Assembly (NCBI RefSeq): GCF_006345805.1
Contig: NC_042999.1
Location: forward strand, 168,764,001-168,828,000
Direction: 5' to 3'
DNA: 64,000 nt
Source of the DNA: Octopus sinensis
Taxonomy: Eukaryota
This document shows positions 51,360 to 63,940 of this stretch, piece after piece. The notes under the pieces are model-generated. The model was not told where the DNA came from, searched no databases, and saw only the letters and a list, made by a program, of their open reading frames with translations. Position 1 is the stretch's first letter. Each line of letters opens with the position of its first letter. The translations under genes and the position numbers were made by a program.

Positions 51360-53130
51360 TATATTAATATTGTTACGGATGCAAGAAAAAGGTAAACAGA
51401 AAACAGTATGCCCCTTGTTCCATTAGTTGGAATTGAACCGGCGCTCCAGTTGTTCAGGACAATGGTATTTCTTTTGTCCTGTCAAGACCACGACTATTAA
51501 TGATCCTAGGCAGTGATCTATGATCCCAACACGGTCACGGAAAGTTTTAAAAAAATAAAAATGCTACCCTTTATAAATGCGGCTGGCATTGGGTTAGTTG
51601 GTCAGTCGGCGCGGGACAGCCAGCCAGAACTGTGAGCGGAGCGGACAAGGGAGTGGGTTGGAAATGGTGGAGCCGGCGAGAGGCAACGGCAAAGATGAGA
51701 AAGACAGATAGTGAGTGTGAGAAATGACAAGCGAGTGGAAGTGAGGAAGATGGCAGTGAAGGGGGAAGAAAGAGACATTTTGAACTCGGACTGTTATAGT
51801 GGGAGTTTTTGTGATGATTCAGGGAGTGTTGCAGACGAGGAACATGCGGTAATGTTTATTTGTGTTTTGAATTTTGATGTTTAAATGTTTTAAAAAGAAA
51901 GGGAAAGACTTCCACCGTCTCCCCCTCCAATGAGGGGGCGGCGGGCACCTTCTCTTTCTCATGCTCCAGGGCCCCACCACGGCCCCCTGGACAGTTCCTT
52001 TGATATGGCCAGGCTCCAGGTACAGGTGACACTTGGGGGACGTCCCTCAAGTATCACCGGGTACCTGTACCCGGCCATTTTTAGGAAGTCCGGAAACATC
52101 ATGTCTCCCACGGCCACCGGGGTCCACAGGGTCAAAGTTGCCTTTGACCCCTCCCAGTCGATTGCGGGAGTAATCTTCACACTCAATAGCCTGGGACCGC
52201 TATCCCCCAGGCCTCGCCGGATGGTCTCCTTGATCCATCCCGCCTCCGTGCCCGGGGGAAGCTCACACACCCAGGCTCTTCTTATCTTCTTCCCACAATA
52301 AGTGGGGAGGAACAAAATTTCAGCTCTCTCGGGGGTACCAAACAGCAACCACACCGTTGCAAATTTAGTCCCCCGTGAAATAAATTTTATAGTTGGCAGG
52401 TAGTCTGCCAACTCTTTCTCAATAGTGTCCTTATTATATTGAACGATGGCGACCTAGAATAGGTCCTCAGCACCACCGTTCTATTATTAAAGTCTCTTAA
52501 CCACTCCTTGGGCGGGACAACCTCCCACTCCAAGGCAGTGGCTTCATTTTTTCTTGCCATGTGTACAAAAAAAAAGTTCTCAAAGTTCAAAAGAAAAACA
52601 GTCCAAAAAGTCCAAGAAAAACAGTTGAAGAAAAAAATAAAAGAAAGCACAGTTCAAAAGAAGAGAAACAAACAAAACAAAAACAAAAGAAAGATAAACA
52701 GAAAAAACGAATAGAGGAAAACAGTTCCACACAGCAAAAAATGGCAATCCTGGCCAACTGTGACTCTGCGGCAGGAACTTTCTCCCGGTAAATGTTAAAA
52801 AAACACAACACAGGCCACAGCTGACAGCAACAGCAACTGGAATAAATTCCAAATTCAAGTCATCGGGCGGATACGCCCCCAACGTTTCTTTTCTATTCTT
52901 TTTTGCTACACAACAAAATAGCACACACAATAACACAATACCCACCTAGAGCAGGCGAAATTGTCCCAGAGCTGGGCACAATTTACTGAAAAAATAATTC
53001 ACACGCAATAAATTATGCCCAGCTCACAACAAACAAAATCACCTACCTCGACAACCTTCTCTGTTTTTGTTCTTTTTTCTTTTTAGGACGGAGCTCAAAG
53101 CTCACGTCCTCACTGTTCAACCGGAAGCAA
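51360..53130 (-). mobile_element. Probable ORF1-only L1/Tx1-like non-LTR element
   Basis: 5' end CTTCCGGTTGAACAGTGAGGACGTG. Frameshifted ORF MARKNEATALEW..(52560)/..ADYLPTIKFISRG..VWLLF..VCELPP..PDFLKMAGYRYPVILEGRPP (to 51959) resembles RRM-type ORF1 leading to a zinc knuckle. No ORF2 seen. Confidence 0.55.
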
Positions 53131-53163
53131 GCTTCTTATCACACAACGACTCCTGCGACTACA

Positions 53164-53465
53164 TCTATCTATATATATGAAGATGAGAATGTGCGTCTGT
53201 CTGTCTGTGTGAATCCCTAATCTTGAGAACTACACAACCAATTTCATTCAAATTTTACACATGCCTTACTAAGGGTCCATGTATGCCATGGGCAAAGAAA
53301 TTTTAACTTCTTGCCTAGGGCAAGCCCACAGCAATATCATATCTTCTCCACTATTTCAGTATTACGTGTCAAAAGTGAAACAAAAACATATCTCTATTGT
53401 AATGTCAGATGCTTTCACTTTAATAGTTTCACTTTAATACTGAAACTATTAAAGTGAAACTATTA
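53164..53465 (+). mobile_element. 5' part of a Helitron-like repeat
   Basis: TCTATCTATATATATGAA start, (GTCT)n, and CAACCAATTTCATTCAAATTTTACAC motif as in the other Helitron-like copies. No 3' end seen. Confidence 0.55.
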
Positions 53466-53716
53466 TCTCACATATATACAGGCATACATATATATATATA
53501 CATACATATAATATTATGTATATATGTATATATATATGTGTGTGTGTGTATCAGCACAAATGTATATATATATATATGCATATATATAGATGTATATATA
53601 TATACATACATGTATATGTATACATGTAAATGTATAGCTGTATATGTATACATGTATATGTGTAGATATATATATATATATATACATACATACATACATA
53701 CATATATATATGTATA

Positions 53717-53748
<32 letters not shown>

Positions 53749-53840
53749 CGTGTACATGTAATATGTACACATATATATACACATATATACACATATATAC
53801 ACCCATACAGACATACACACATACACACACATAGACATAA

Positions 53841-54180
53841 GTGCAGATATGGATGTGTGGTAACAAAATCTTGGTTCCTAAACACATGGTCCTGGGTTCA
53901 ATCCCACTGTGTGGTGACTTGGCATGTGTCATCTGCTATAGCCTCAGACCAACCAAAGCCTTGTCAGTGGATTTTGTAGACAGAAATTGAATGAAATCAA
54001 TCGTATATATATGTATGTATATATTTAAGTCTATGTGTGTGTCTTTGTCTCTGTGTTTCTCCCTCATCACTGCTTCACAACTACTGTTCGTTTATTTACA
54101 TACCCATAACTTATTGGTTTCGTGAGAAGAAACTGATAGAATAAGTACCAGGCTTATCAAATTTTAAAAAAGCACTAGGC
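53841..54180 (+). mobile_element. Diverged OK/OR-like SINE; 3' part plus flank duplicated at 54638-54910
   Basis: Matches 10064-10400. 53968-54242 recurs at 54638-54910. Confidence 0.85.
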
Positions 54181-54448
54181 AGTGTCTCATATTTTGGTTT
54201 GCCCACTCAGTTGTATCTATCAATTTATCCTTGTGTGTGTGTGCGTATATATATATGTATATATATATATATATATGTATATAATTATATATATATATAT
54301 ATATATTATATATATTATATTATATATATATATATATAATATATATATATATATAAAATATTATTAGAGACAAAACCACTATTTTGCAAAACAAACAAGG
54401 AAAGACTTAATCAATACATAAAATTTTAATAAATAGTCAAAAAAACCG

Positions 54449-54491
54449 CCACTACAATTGTTTCTTGTCTTGATCGACAATCTTCAGGTGG
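54449..54491 (-). ncRNA. Compact, canonical type I hammerhead ribozyme
   Basis: Minus strand: CCAC-CTGAAGA-TTGTC GATCAA GACAA-GAAA-CAATTG-TA-GTGG. Perfect stems I and II, palindromic stem III ACAATTGT, GUA triplet. Confidence 0.9.
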
Positions 54492-54919
54492 ACTTCCAAT
54501 CTAAAATATCAATATTTTAAAATATAAAAATAATAATTTTAAAATAATTAAAGTATGAATGAAAAAATCTAAATATATAATCCATATATAACCTATATAT
54601 AATCCATATATAATCAATATATATATATATATATATGGATTTCGTAGACAGAAACTAAAAGAAATCAATCGTATTTATATGTATGTATATATGTAAGTGT
54701 ATGTGTGTGTCTTTGCCTCTGTGTTTCGCCCTCATCACTGCTTCTCAACTGCTGTTCGTTTATTTACATCCCCATAACTTACTGGTTTGACAAGAAGAAA
54801 CTAATAGAATAAGTACCAGGCTTATCAACATAAAAAAAGCACTAGGCAATGTCTCATATTTTTGTTTGCCCACTCAGTTGTATCTATCAATTTATCATTT
54901 TGTGTGTGTGTATATAAAT

Positions 54920-54961
<42 letters not shown>

Positions 54962-54962
<1 letters not shown>

Positions 54963-55012
54963 GGTTCCTGAAGATTTCTCTTGAATGAAACAGTTCTAGT
55001 CCTGTAGAAGCT
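54962..55012 (+). ncRNA. Type I hammerhead ribozyme motif in a ~140-bp module within (TA)n
   Basis: AGGTTC-CTGAAGA-TTTC TCTT GAAT-GAAA-CAG TTCTAGTC CTG-TA-GAAGCT. Stem III is a true hairpin rather than a palindrome. Confidence 0.75.
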
Positions 55013-55135
55013 CCTTCTATATAATAAATTAATTTTACTCTGCTATGTATTGAGTACCTTATTTACTGTGGTTAACCCCGAATCAACCCGGGACCTACAT
55101 ATATATATATATTATATATATATAATATATATATA

Positions 55136-55183
<48 letters not shown>

Positions 55184-55277
55184 TATATGTATGTATGTAT
55201 ATTCATATCTATACATATATATATATATATATACATGTATGCATATTCATATCTATTATACCTATTATATATTCACA

Positions 55278-56151
55278 TCTATTATATCAAAGTCAATGTC
55301 TTTATGTGTGTTCGTATGTACTTTTACATTCGAAAACTGCTGCAACCGATGATATGAAATTAGGAACACAAAATCGAAGCCCAGGGAGAAGGGTAATGCT
55401 GTGTGTTTCATACATTTCATGAACCAAATTACTGAATGGATCTTTATGATATTTGGGTGGGTATAATGCAATATGTTTGGTTTGTATTTCAGATGGTTTA
55501 AATGGAGCAGAACCCCCATGAAAATTCATAAATTTTCGATGTTGATGAAATTTCAACCATGGATAATCGACACACATCAAGAAGTATTCTCAAAGTTTCC
55601 ACTTATCATGAGGATTCTAAGACACCCTAATGGTGGACTTAACTCCCAAATTTTAATCATTTCTTTTATGATCCAAAACTAGGATAAAAGTACTGAATGG
55701 ATCTTTACAAAATTTGGAAATTATATTCTATGCATAAGGGCCATAATCCCCATGACAATTCATATATTTTTGCTATTGATGAAATTTTAACCATACATAT
55801 TAGACACAAATGATGTAATATTCATAAAATTTCATCTTCTTACAAGTTAGAAAGACCCCTTCATGGGGACTTGACACCCACAATTTACTCATTTTATCTA
55901 AGCAAAGATGAATACAGTTGTACTCTTGGAAGCTGTAGGGCCACCCCAGCATAAAAGATGTGCATTATATGTAATTCAATGGTACAACAGTGTAACAGTT
56001 TGCTTAGGGTGTGTAAAGAGGGAAATAACTCTCATCTGCAATTTTTATGAAATTCGAATCATAGGTATTCCAGTTCATTACAGAAAATATAACAGAATAG
56101 TCTAATTCTTCAATTGCCTGTAACACGGGCAACGCCGGGTATCTCTGCTAG
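55278..56151 (+). mobile_element. Non-autonomous Helitron
   Basis: A|TCTATTATATCAAAG start; internal ~260-bp diverged repeats (TACTGAATGGATCTTTA at ~55430 and ~55691); hairpin CACGGGCAACGCCGGG then CTAG|T. Confidence 0.82.
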
Positions 56152-56213
56152 TGTATATATACATACATACACGCACAGCCACTCCTACGACTGCATATAT
56201 ATATATATATATA

Positions 56214-57431
56214 TGGGTTGTCCGGAAAATTCGAGCCGAGTTATAGTAGCTTATCTTTCGACTTATTTTAGAACATGATTGAGTCCATAAAATAGGATTT
56301 GACTACACCTCCATTTAGAGCACAGTTTACGCTATCTTTTCGCGGAAGAAGGTTTATGTTCCTATAAACTGTGTTAATTCTGTAACCCTTTAAAAAGGAA
56401 GATAAGAAAGTTCATTTTCGGCACTTGATGCTTTTACTTCTCCGTAAAGGCCTCACAAGCAACCAAAGAAATATGCGCAGTTTACGGTGACGTTTCTTTA
56501 TTCGAAAAAACTGTACGGAAGTGGTTTGCAAGGTTCCGAACTGGAGATTGTAGCCTTATTGATAAAGAGCGATCAGACTAACCATCCACTACAAATGATG
56601 ACCAAATCAAGTCATTAATTGAGAATAACCCATATTGCACAACCCGAAAATTGGCAGAAGGCCTCAACCTATCAAAATCCATCGTTCATGAGCACCTCGT
56701 AAAGCTTGGGTACACAAATCGCTACAGTATTTGGGTACCACATGAGTTGAGTGAGAAGAACCTTTTGGATCGCATTTCCATGCACCTTTTTTAAAATGAA
56801 TTCTGACAGGTGATGAGAAATGGATTATCTACCAAAATGTTCAGAGAAAGTGATCCTGGAGTAAGCGACATGAGCCACCCTTAGCTACCCCAAAAGCGGG
56901 TCTTCACCTTAAAAAAGTTTTGCTTTGTGTCTGGTGGGATCGGAAAGGAATTTTGTACTATGAGCTTCTCCCAAGTAACCAGACAATTAATTCTGAGAAA
57001 TGCTGCACACAGCTGGACGGATCAAAAGCAAGAGAAACGTCCAGAATTGGCCAACAGGAAGGGTGTTGTTTTACAACATGATAATGCAAGACCACACGTT
57101 TCTTTGGAAACCAGACAAAAATCGCTGCAGTTCGGCTGGGATGTGTTACCTCACTCTCCATATTCGGATTTCCACTTATTCAGGTCTCTGCAGAATAGTC
57201 TTAATGGTAAAAATTTCAATTCCTTGGATGATGTAAAAAGATACATTGATGAATTCTTTGCCATAAAACCACCTCAATTCTGGGAAGAGGGTAATTTCAA
57301 GTTAAAGGAAAGGTGAAGACGTCTTGTGCAACAAAATAATTAATATTTGGTTGATTAAAAATGTAATGGCAAGTACTTATTGACCTTTTTCTTTCCTTTA
57401 AAAATCGGCACGAACTTTCCGGACAACCCAA
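56214..57431 (+). mobile_element. Full-length defective mariner transposon
   Basis: TIRs TGGGTTGTCCGGAAAATTCGAGCCGA / TCGGCACGAACTTTCCGGACAACCCAA in TA context. WVPHELSE, LTGDEKWI, LQHDNARPH and HSPYS..DFHLF motifs with stops and frameshifts. Confidence 0.95.
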
Positions 57432-57482
57432 TATATATGCAGATATATATTTGTATATGTATATATGTGTTTGTGTATGTGT

Positions 57483-60400
57483 TTTACGCGAAACCGGTTA
57501 TTTCTCCAAAATTTATGTTACTATACACAAAATTTTCTAAAATTTTTCTAACATAACGACTTAAATATATTCTTCAACCTTATAAAACAAGCCTTCTGTA
57601 GTTTTTTCACTCTTTTCTACTTTTTATACATCCAACCGCGTGCTTTCACACACCAACTCTCTCACCTAAAATGCCATAGAAGACTAATACTTTGGATAAA
57701 ATTACAAATGAGGACATACTTAAAGAACTTAAAAATATCAATACACAACTTATTACCTTAAATAACAAAATCGAGGACTCAAATCTACTCGCCCGGGAAA
57801 GTAAAAACAGTGACGACACAACTCAATACACTGACCAGGTTAGTAATGATTTACAACTTTTATGCACAACCCTCAACTCAATGTTCATTAACAGACCCAA
57901 CAATGAACAACAGCCACATATCCACGACACTTTCAACGATTTCATTTTAAAACAAGAACAAATTAGTAAAGATTTGAACACTCTATGCACTACACTAAAG
58001 TCGGCATTCACAAACAAGCCGAACAACGACCAGCGCACACCAAATGAAGCACACCAGGACATCATACGTACACAACTCTATCTAACAAAAGAAAAATAGA
58101 AAACATTTGGAATACAAACCTCCACAATAGAAAACTCGCTTTCTGGAACATGATAAAATATTCCAACAAAGCGCAGATATCTATGAGGGATGGATGAACT
58201 CAACACCAATTATCCTCCCACGCAAATTCCAGATCAAAACAATAACCAGCGAACCTGACGGACAGAGAACTATTAGGGAAAGGTCAGCTCTATTCCATTT
58301 AAAATCAAAGATAGAATTACTAAGACTTAGGGCCTCCACTAATGAAGAAAACTATAAAAACATTGACGAGGAGATGCATAGTGAAATAAAGAAACAAACC
58401 GAGGAACAACCCCTCGAAAATACCAAAAATCATTGGAAAGAAGTCTATAAAAATGAAGAAAGAAATTCTCTCCTACGCTGGGAAAAAGCAATGATTTCTT
58501 CCAAAGATATGCATCAACTTTTAAAAATGAATTGGGTACAGATAATCCTTTTCTAAAGAAAATTACAAGAAATAACAAACAAAAACTGAACAACGCACAA
58601 ACCACCCCCAATTTCAACCACTTAATCAGCAACAACCCTCCTCATTATCCTCCATACACTAGAAATAGAAATCACCCACAACCAGCATTTTTGAACCACG
58701 CAAGACTTAACAGGGAACAAGCTGACAGACAACGCATTTATGAAATAGATTACACCAAGAACAGAACACCATCCCAATACCAGGCCTAACCACCCCATAA
58801 CAGCACAAAATAACACTAGAATAAGAAACACACCATACACCAGTCACTACTACTCCATGACCCAAAATTACTGGTCCCCACCGAACACAAGACAAATACA
58901 AAATAACACTAAGTCAAGCAACATCCCACATACAAGTAATTCGAAACAAAAATATATCACATACAGAATTTTACACATATCACTAACGAAAACACCCATA
59001 GATACCCACACACATAACAATCTGAGGCAACAATACCACCGTTTCCCCGAACCAATCTCACACAATCTCGCAGACAACTCATACAAACAAAATTGCACCC
59101 AACATTTTTTAGCCCCAGACCAGAGACACCAGGACACAGGCTGGAACCTAGTAATAAGGAAAAACCGAAGATAATCAACCTTTCAACCAAACCTCTCTCT
59201 AACATAAAAATTGACATCCTCTCAAAAGGGCTCAAATTTACGCCAACTCCACCCAGAGCCAACCTAAATGAAATCAAGGATAATATAACAGAATTTTGCA
59301 GAAAATTAAGACTAGCAGAAGCATCAACCAGTTTCAATACTGAAGATGACTCACTAGTCAAGAACAAAAGTGAACACATCCCCCACAGAGGAAGAAATAA
59401 AGATCTTGACGAGTTCTGCAGCCACATAGAGAACTTTCCCTAACATACTATACATAAACAGACAGTTAACTCAAATTTTAACACTGCACAATGGAAGGAA
59501 CTGATAGAACTTCAAAATGATGAAGATGTAACCATTAAGGAAACAGACATAGGAAGTGCAGTTGTAATAATGGACACATTATACTATAGAAATCTAGTAA
59601 TTTCCTTGCTTGATGACAATCAACATTATGAAAAAATCACCAACTAAAAGAGAATTGGAAAAGATTCCTGAACGACTGTTTTATACTCTGGAATGAAAAC
59701 ACAGATAAACTCCTAAAATTTAAAAACTTATTGAACAGCATCAACCAAATATACAATTCCCAATGGAGTACAACCAAAAGGAGCTTCCATTCTTAGATAT
59801 ACTAATTAAAAGAATTAACCTAAAAATAGAAACAGACATATTTTACAAAACCACAGACGCCAAACAATACCTACTTTTTGATTCATGCCACCCAAAACAC
59901 ACTAAAACAAACATCACTTTCAACCTTGCAAGAAGAATATGCACAATAGTATCAGAACAAAATACCAGGAACTTTAGACTACAAGAACTCAAAAACACCC
60001 TAATTGACAGGCACTACCCAGTTCAACTCATAGAGGATGGGATCAGACGTGCAACAGAAATCGACATAGAAACTTTGAGAAAAGTTCAACACAACAACAC
60101 ACCTTCGCCGAAGATACTGCCTTACATATCCACATACAACCCCAGAAACAAAGAAGCCTTCACCATCATCACCCAGAATTTACCAATACTTCATAAGGAC
60201 CCCAAATTAAAGGAAATTCTAAACATACATAAAATCATTAAAAGCTACAAACAACCTAAATCACTAAAAAGGATTCTCACAAAGGCAAAATTGTTTTCTG
60301 AAATTACGGATGCAAAAGTAAAAAAATGTGGTAGACCAAACTGCGCAACATGCTCAAACCTTCTAGAAGGATCAGAATACCTTTTCAAAGAGGGACAAAA

Positions 60401-61075
60401 ATTCAAGATCAAATCTAATTTTACTTGTGCTTCTGAAAACATAATTTATGTCATAAGATGCTCGGGCTGCCACCAAAACTACGTAGGGTCCACGGGATTA
60501 TGACTCAGACGCAGATGCACTCTACACCGACAACAGATTGCATTCCCAGAATACAGAATGATATCCTTTATTGAGCATATTGAGAAATGCGCAAAGCAAC
60601 TACAACCACAATTCTTAATCTTTCCATTCTATCAATGTGCTATTGGAACAACAACACAAATTAGATTAAACAAGGAAACATTCTTCATTGAGAAATAAAA
60701 GCCTGAACTTAACCATCCTAACATTCTTATACAGAGAAACTCATCTCATTGAAAAAAGAAAAAATATAAAGCGATTATCTCCCTTATACCGGAAGAAATC
60801 TCTGATTACCTCCCCCTGTCTGGAACTCTTATTTACACTTCATAACGAAGACATGACACGATGTAGGTAAAGAAATTTGAGAAATTTGAAAAATTTACAC
60901 GAAACCGGTTATTTCTCCAAAACCTATGTTACTATACACAAAATTTAATAACATTTTTCTAACATAACGACTTAAATATATTCTTTAACCTTATAAAACA
61001 AGCCTTCTGTAGTTTTTTCAGTCTTTTCTATTTTTTATATATCCAACCACGTGCTTTCACACACCAACTTGCTCA
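57483..61075 (+). mobile_element. Neptune-like Penelope element bounded by direct pLTRs, RT core deleted
   Basis: Direct repeats 57483-57664 and 60894-61075. Long N-terminal region from 57671; KIINLS..LSKGLKFTPTP; jump near 59645 to WKRFLNDCFILW; LPFLDILI, YLLFDSCHPKH, CGRPNCATC, FTCASENIIYVIRCSGCHQNYVGST. Degenerate hammerhead GAGAAAT-TTGAAAA..GAAACCGGTT-ATTTCTC at 60879-60917. Confidence 0.92.
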
Positions 61076-61116
<41 letters not shown>

Positions 61117-61213
61117 AATGAGGTTCATATTTATGATGGTTCATATTTATAGATATTTATTTATATATTACATTTTTTACATATATATCATATCATTCAG
61201 ATCATATCATTCG

Positions 61214-61252
61214 GATTAGCGCTTTCTCCCAATCGAGTGGGCTTTTCAAATC
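61214..61252 (-). ncRNA. Degenerate hammerhead motif
   Basis: Minus strand: GAT-TTGAAAA-GCCCA CTCGAT TGGGA-GAAA-GCGC-TA-ATC. Stems retained, core mutated. Confidence 0.55.
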
Positions 61253-61266
61253 AAATCCTTATATAT

Positions 61267-61437
61267 ATTAGATTAAACAAGGAAACATTCTTCATTGAGA
61301 AATAAAAGCCTGAACTTAACCATCCTAACATTCTTATACAGAGAAACTCATCTCATTGAAAAAAGAAAAAATATAAAGCGATTATCTCCTTTATACCGGA
61401 AGAAATCTCTGATTACCTCCCCCTGTCTGGAACTCTT
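61267..61437 (+). repeat. ~170-bp duplicate of 60660-60830
   Basis: Near-identical sequence; both copies give the peptide MRNKSLNLTILT in the ORF track. Confidence 0.92.
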
Positions 61438-61445
61438 ATACAAAT

Positions 61446-61615
61446 ATATTCTGTTATTCTTTTACTTGTTTCAGTCATTTGACTGCGGCCATGCTGGAGC
61501 ACCGCCTTTAGTCGAACAAATCGACCCCCGGACTTATTCTTTGTAAGCCTAGTACTCTTTTGCCGAATTTCTAAGTTACGGGGACGTAAACGCGCCAGTT
61601 GTCAAGCGACGGTGG
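61446..61615 (-). mobile_element. 3' part of OK/OR-like SINE
   Basis: Reverse complement matches 10300-10470. Confidence 0.85.
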
Positions 61616-61744
61616 ATACATACATGCATACAGATACATACATACATACATACATACATACATACATACATACATACACATACATACATACATATATAAA
61701 TACATACATACATACATCATACATACATACATACATACATATAT

Positions 61745-61802
<58 letters not shown>

Positions 61803-61806
<4 letters not shown>

Positions 61807-62273
61807 AGATAAGAAAATGGAGAAATACATCTAAATCAAATATCAATTACCAGATAATACTCAATCACATACTTTATTAAACCACCACATAAGAGACTGT
61901 AGGGTTAAATATAAAAAGCAGAACAAATCAGTGTACATAAAAAGTATACATAAAAGAGTAATGTTGTATAGTAAGTAGAATATATATAAAAGAGAATATA
62001 AATATAAGTAAATATAAATATAAGTATAGATTACATCTTACAGCTGTAAAATGTAATCTATACTTATGTTTATGTTTGCTTATATTTATATTCTCTTTTA
62101 TATATACTCTACTTATTATACAACATTACTCTTTTATGTACATTCCTTGTTGTTCTGCTTTTTATATCTAACCCTACAGTCTCTTTTGTGGTGGTTTAAT
62201 AAAGTATGTGATTGAGTATTATCTGGTAATTGATATTTGATTTAGTTGTATTTCTCCATTTTCTTATCTTGTA
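61803..62273. repeat. ~470-bp spacerless palindrome centred on TTACAG|CTGTAA
   Basis: Arms 61803-62043 and 62044-62273 are near reverse complements. Confidence 0.93.
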
Positions 62274-62489
62274 TTTCTCCATTTTCTTATCTTGTATTAG
62301 TAATTTGTGGTAAATCATTTTACCTTTGCCCATATAATACAGTAAAGGAATTGATTGCATCGCAATCATTAACATTTATGTATTAACTTTGTTGGGTACT
62401 TCACTAGCAGTATATTGGATATATGTTATCCCATGGAGGGTTGCATTTACAACCCCTATCTCAATTTGTATATATATATATATATATAT

Positions 62490-62670
62490 ATAGTGAAAGT
62501 TTACGAAAAAAACAAAAGACGAAGACAGGTGGTGTACAAAACAAACAGATGTATTAGTATAGCGCTCAGGAATAGAAAAAGTCTTTTACGTTTCGAGCCT
62601 ACGCTCTTCTACAGAAAGGGACACTGAAAAAAATAAGGAGAGAAAAAATGTGTGTAGTGGCTAACGATCT
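62490..62670 (-). mobile_element. Second copy of the ~180-bp mini-element with hammerhead-like motif (62583-62618)
   Basis: Minus strand: CTTT-CTGTAGA-AGAGC GTAG GCTC-GAAA-CG-TA-AAAG. Inverse of 7525-7703. Confidence 0.8.
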
Positions 62671-62787
62671 ATAAACATATATAAATGTATGTGTGTATAT
62701 ATATATGTGTGTATATATGTGTGTGTGTGTATACATGTGTATATGTATATATATGTGTGTGTATATGTGAATATATATGTATATGTT

Positions 62788-62849
<62 letters not shown>

Positions 62850-63236
62850 TATATATGTATGTATGCACGTATGTATGTATTATGTATGTATGTATATAAA
62901 TGCAGTATAAGGAAAAGAAAAATTGTGGGTATAGACGATCTTTAATTCATAATCCACATTGGTACAGAAGCAATATACGTTCTACAAATTGTTTCGGTGT
63001 CTAATTAATTCCAAACCCCAAAACGAAAGACTCTTCTTGAAATAAAAATTAGATTCTATGTCAGGAATTACATACTGGTAAGTATGATTACGACCAACAA
63101 AAATATACAAAGGCAGAAACTGAAAGAAGCCCGTTGTGTGTATATATATATATATATATAATATAATATATATATATATATATATATAATATATATAATA
63201 TATATATATATATATAATATAATATATATATATATA

Positions 63237-63302
<66 letters not shown>

Positions 63303-63471
63303 TATATATATATTATATATATATATATACATACATACATACATACATTCATACATACATACATACATACATACATACATACATACATACATACATGCAT
63401 GCATGCATGCATACATACATACATACATACATACATACATACATACATACATACATACATACATACATACA

Positions 63472-63634
63472 TACGACGGGCGTCTTTTAGTTTCCGTCTG
63501 CCAAATCCACTCACAAGGCTTTGGTAGGCCCCAGTCTATACTAGGAGACACTTGCTCAAGGTGCCACACTGTGGGACAGAACCCAGAACTGTGTGGTTAG
63601 GAAACAAACTTCTAACCACACAGCCATTCCTGCA

Positions 63635-63637
<3 letters not shown>
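63472..63637 (-). mobile_element. 5' half of OK/OR-like SINE
   Basis: Reverse complement matches 10064-10230. Confidence 0.85.
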
Positions 63638-63679
<42 letters not shown>

Positions 63680-63828
63680 GTATTTCAAAATAGAAAATTA
63701 CCCTTTAACAGGTAATTTTACATGCTAGAAATAGCAGCCAAACACGGCCAAAAACCACAATTTTATAGCAAATTTCGAAGTAAATGAAAAATAAAAAATA
63801 AAATAAGAACCTTTACCTTGTTATATAA

Positions 63829-63940
63829 CGGTTATACCATGGTTTCAGATTTCTTTAGCAAATAATATCGCTTGCCATCTTTTAATAGATAATTTAGCAA
63901 GACCATATTATCTACCAAGGCGAATCCTCGTCAGTAACCG
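63829..63940 (-). ncRNA. Type I hammerhead ribozyme with ~80-nt hairpin stem II
   Basis: Minus strand: CGGTTA-CTGACGA-GGATT..TTGGTAGATAATAT..CTTGC..GCAAG..ATATTATTTGCTAA..AATCT-GAAA-CCATGG-TA-TAACCG. Perfect 6-bp stem I, palindromic stem III ACCATGGT, GUA triplet. Confidence 0.88.
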
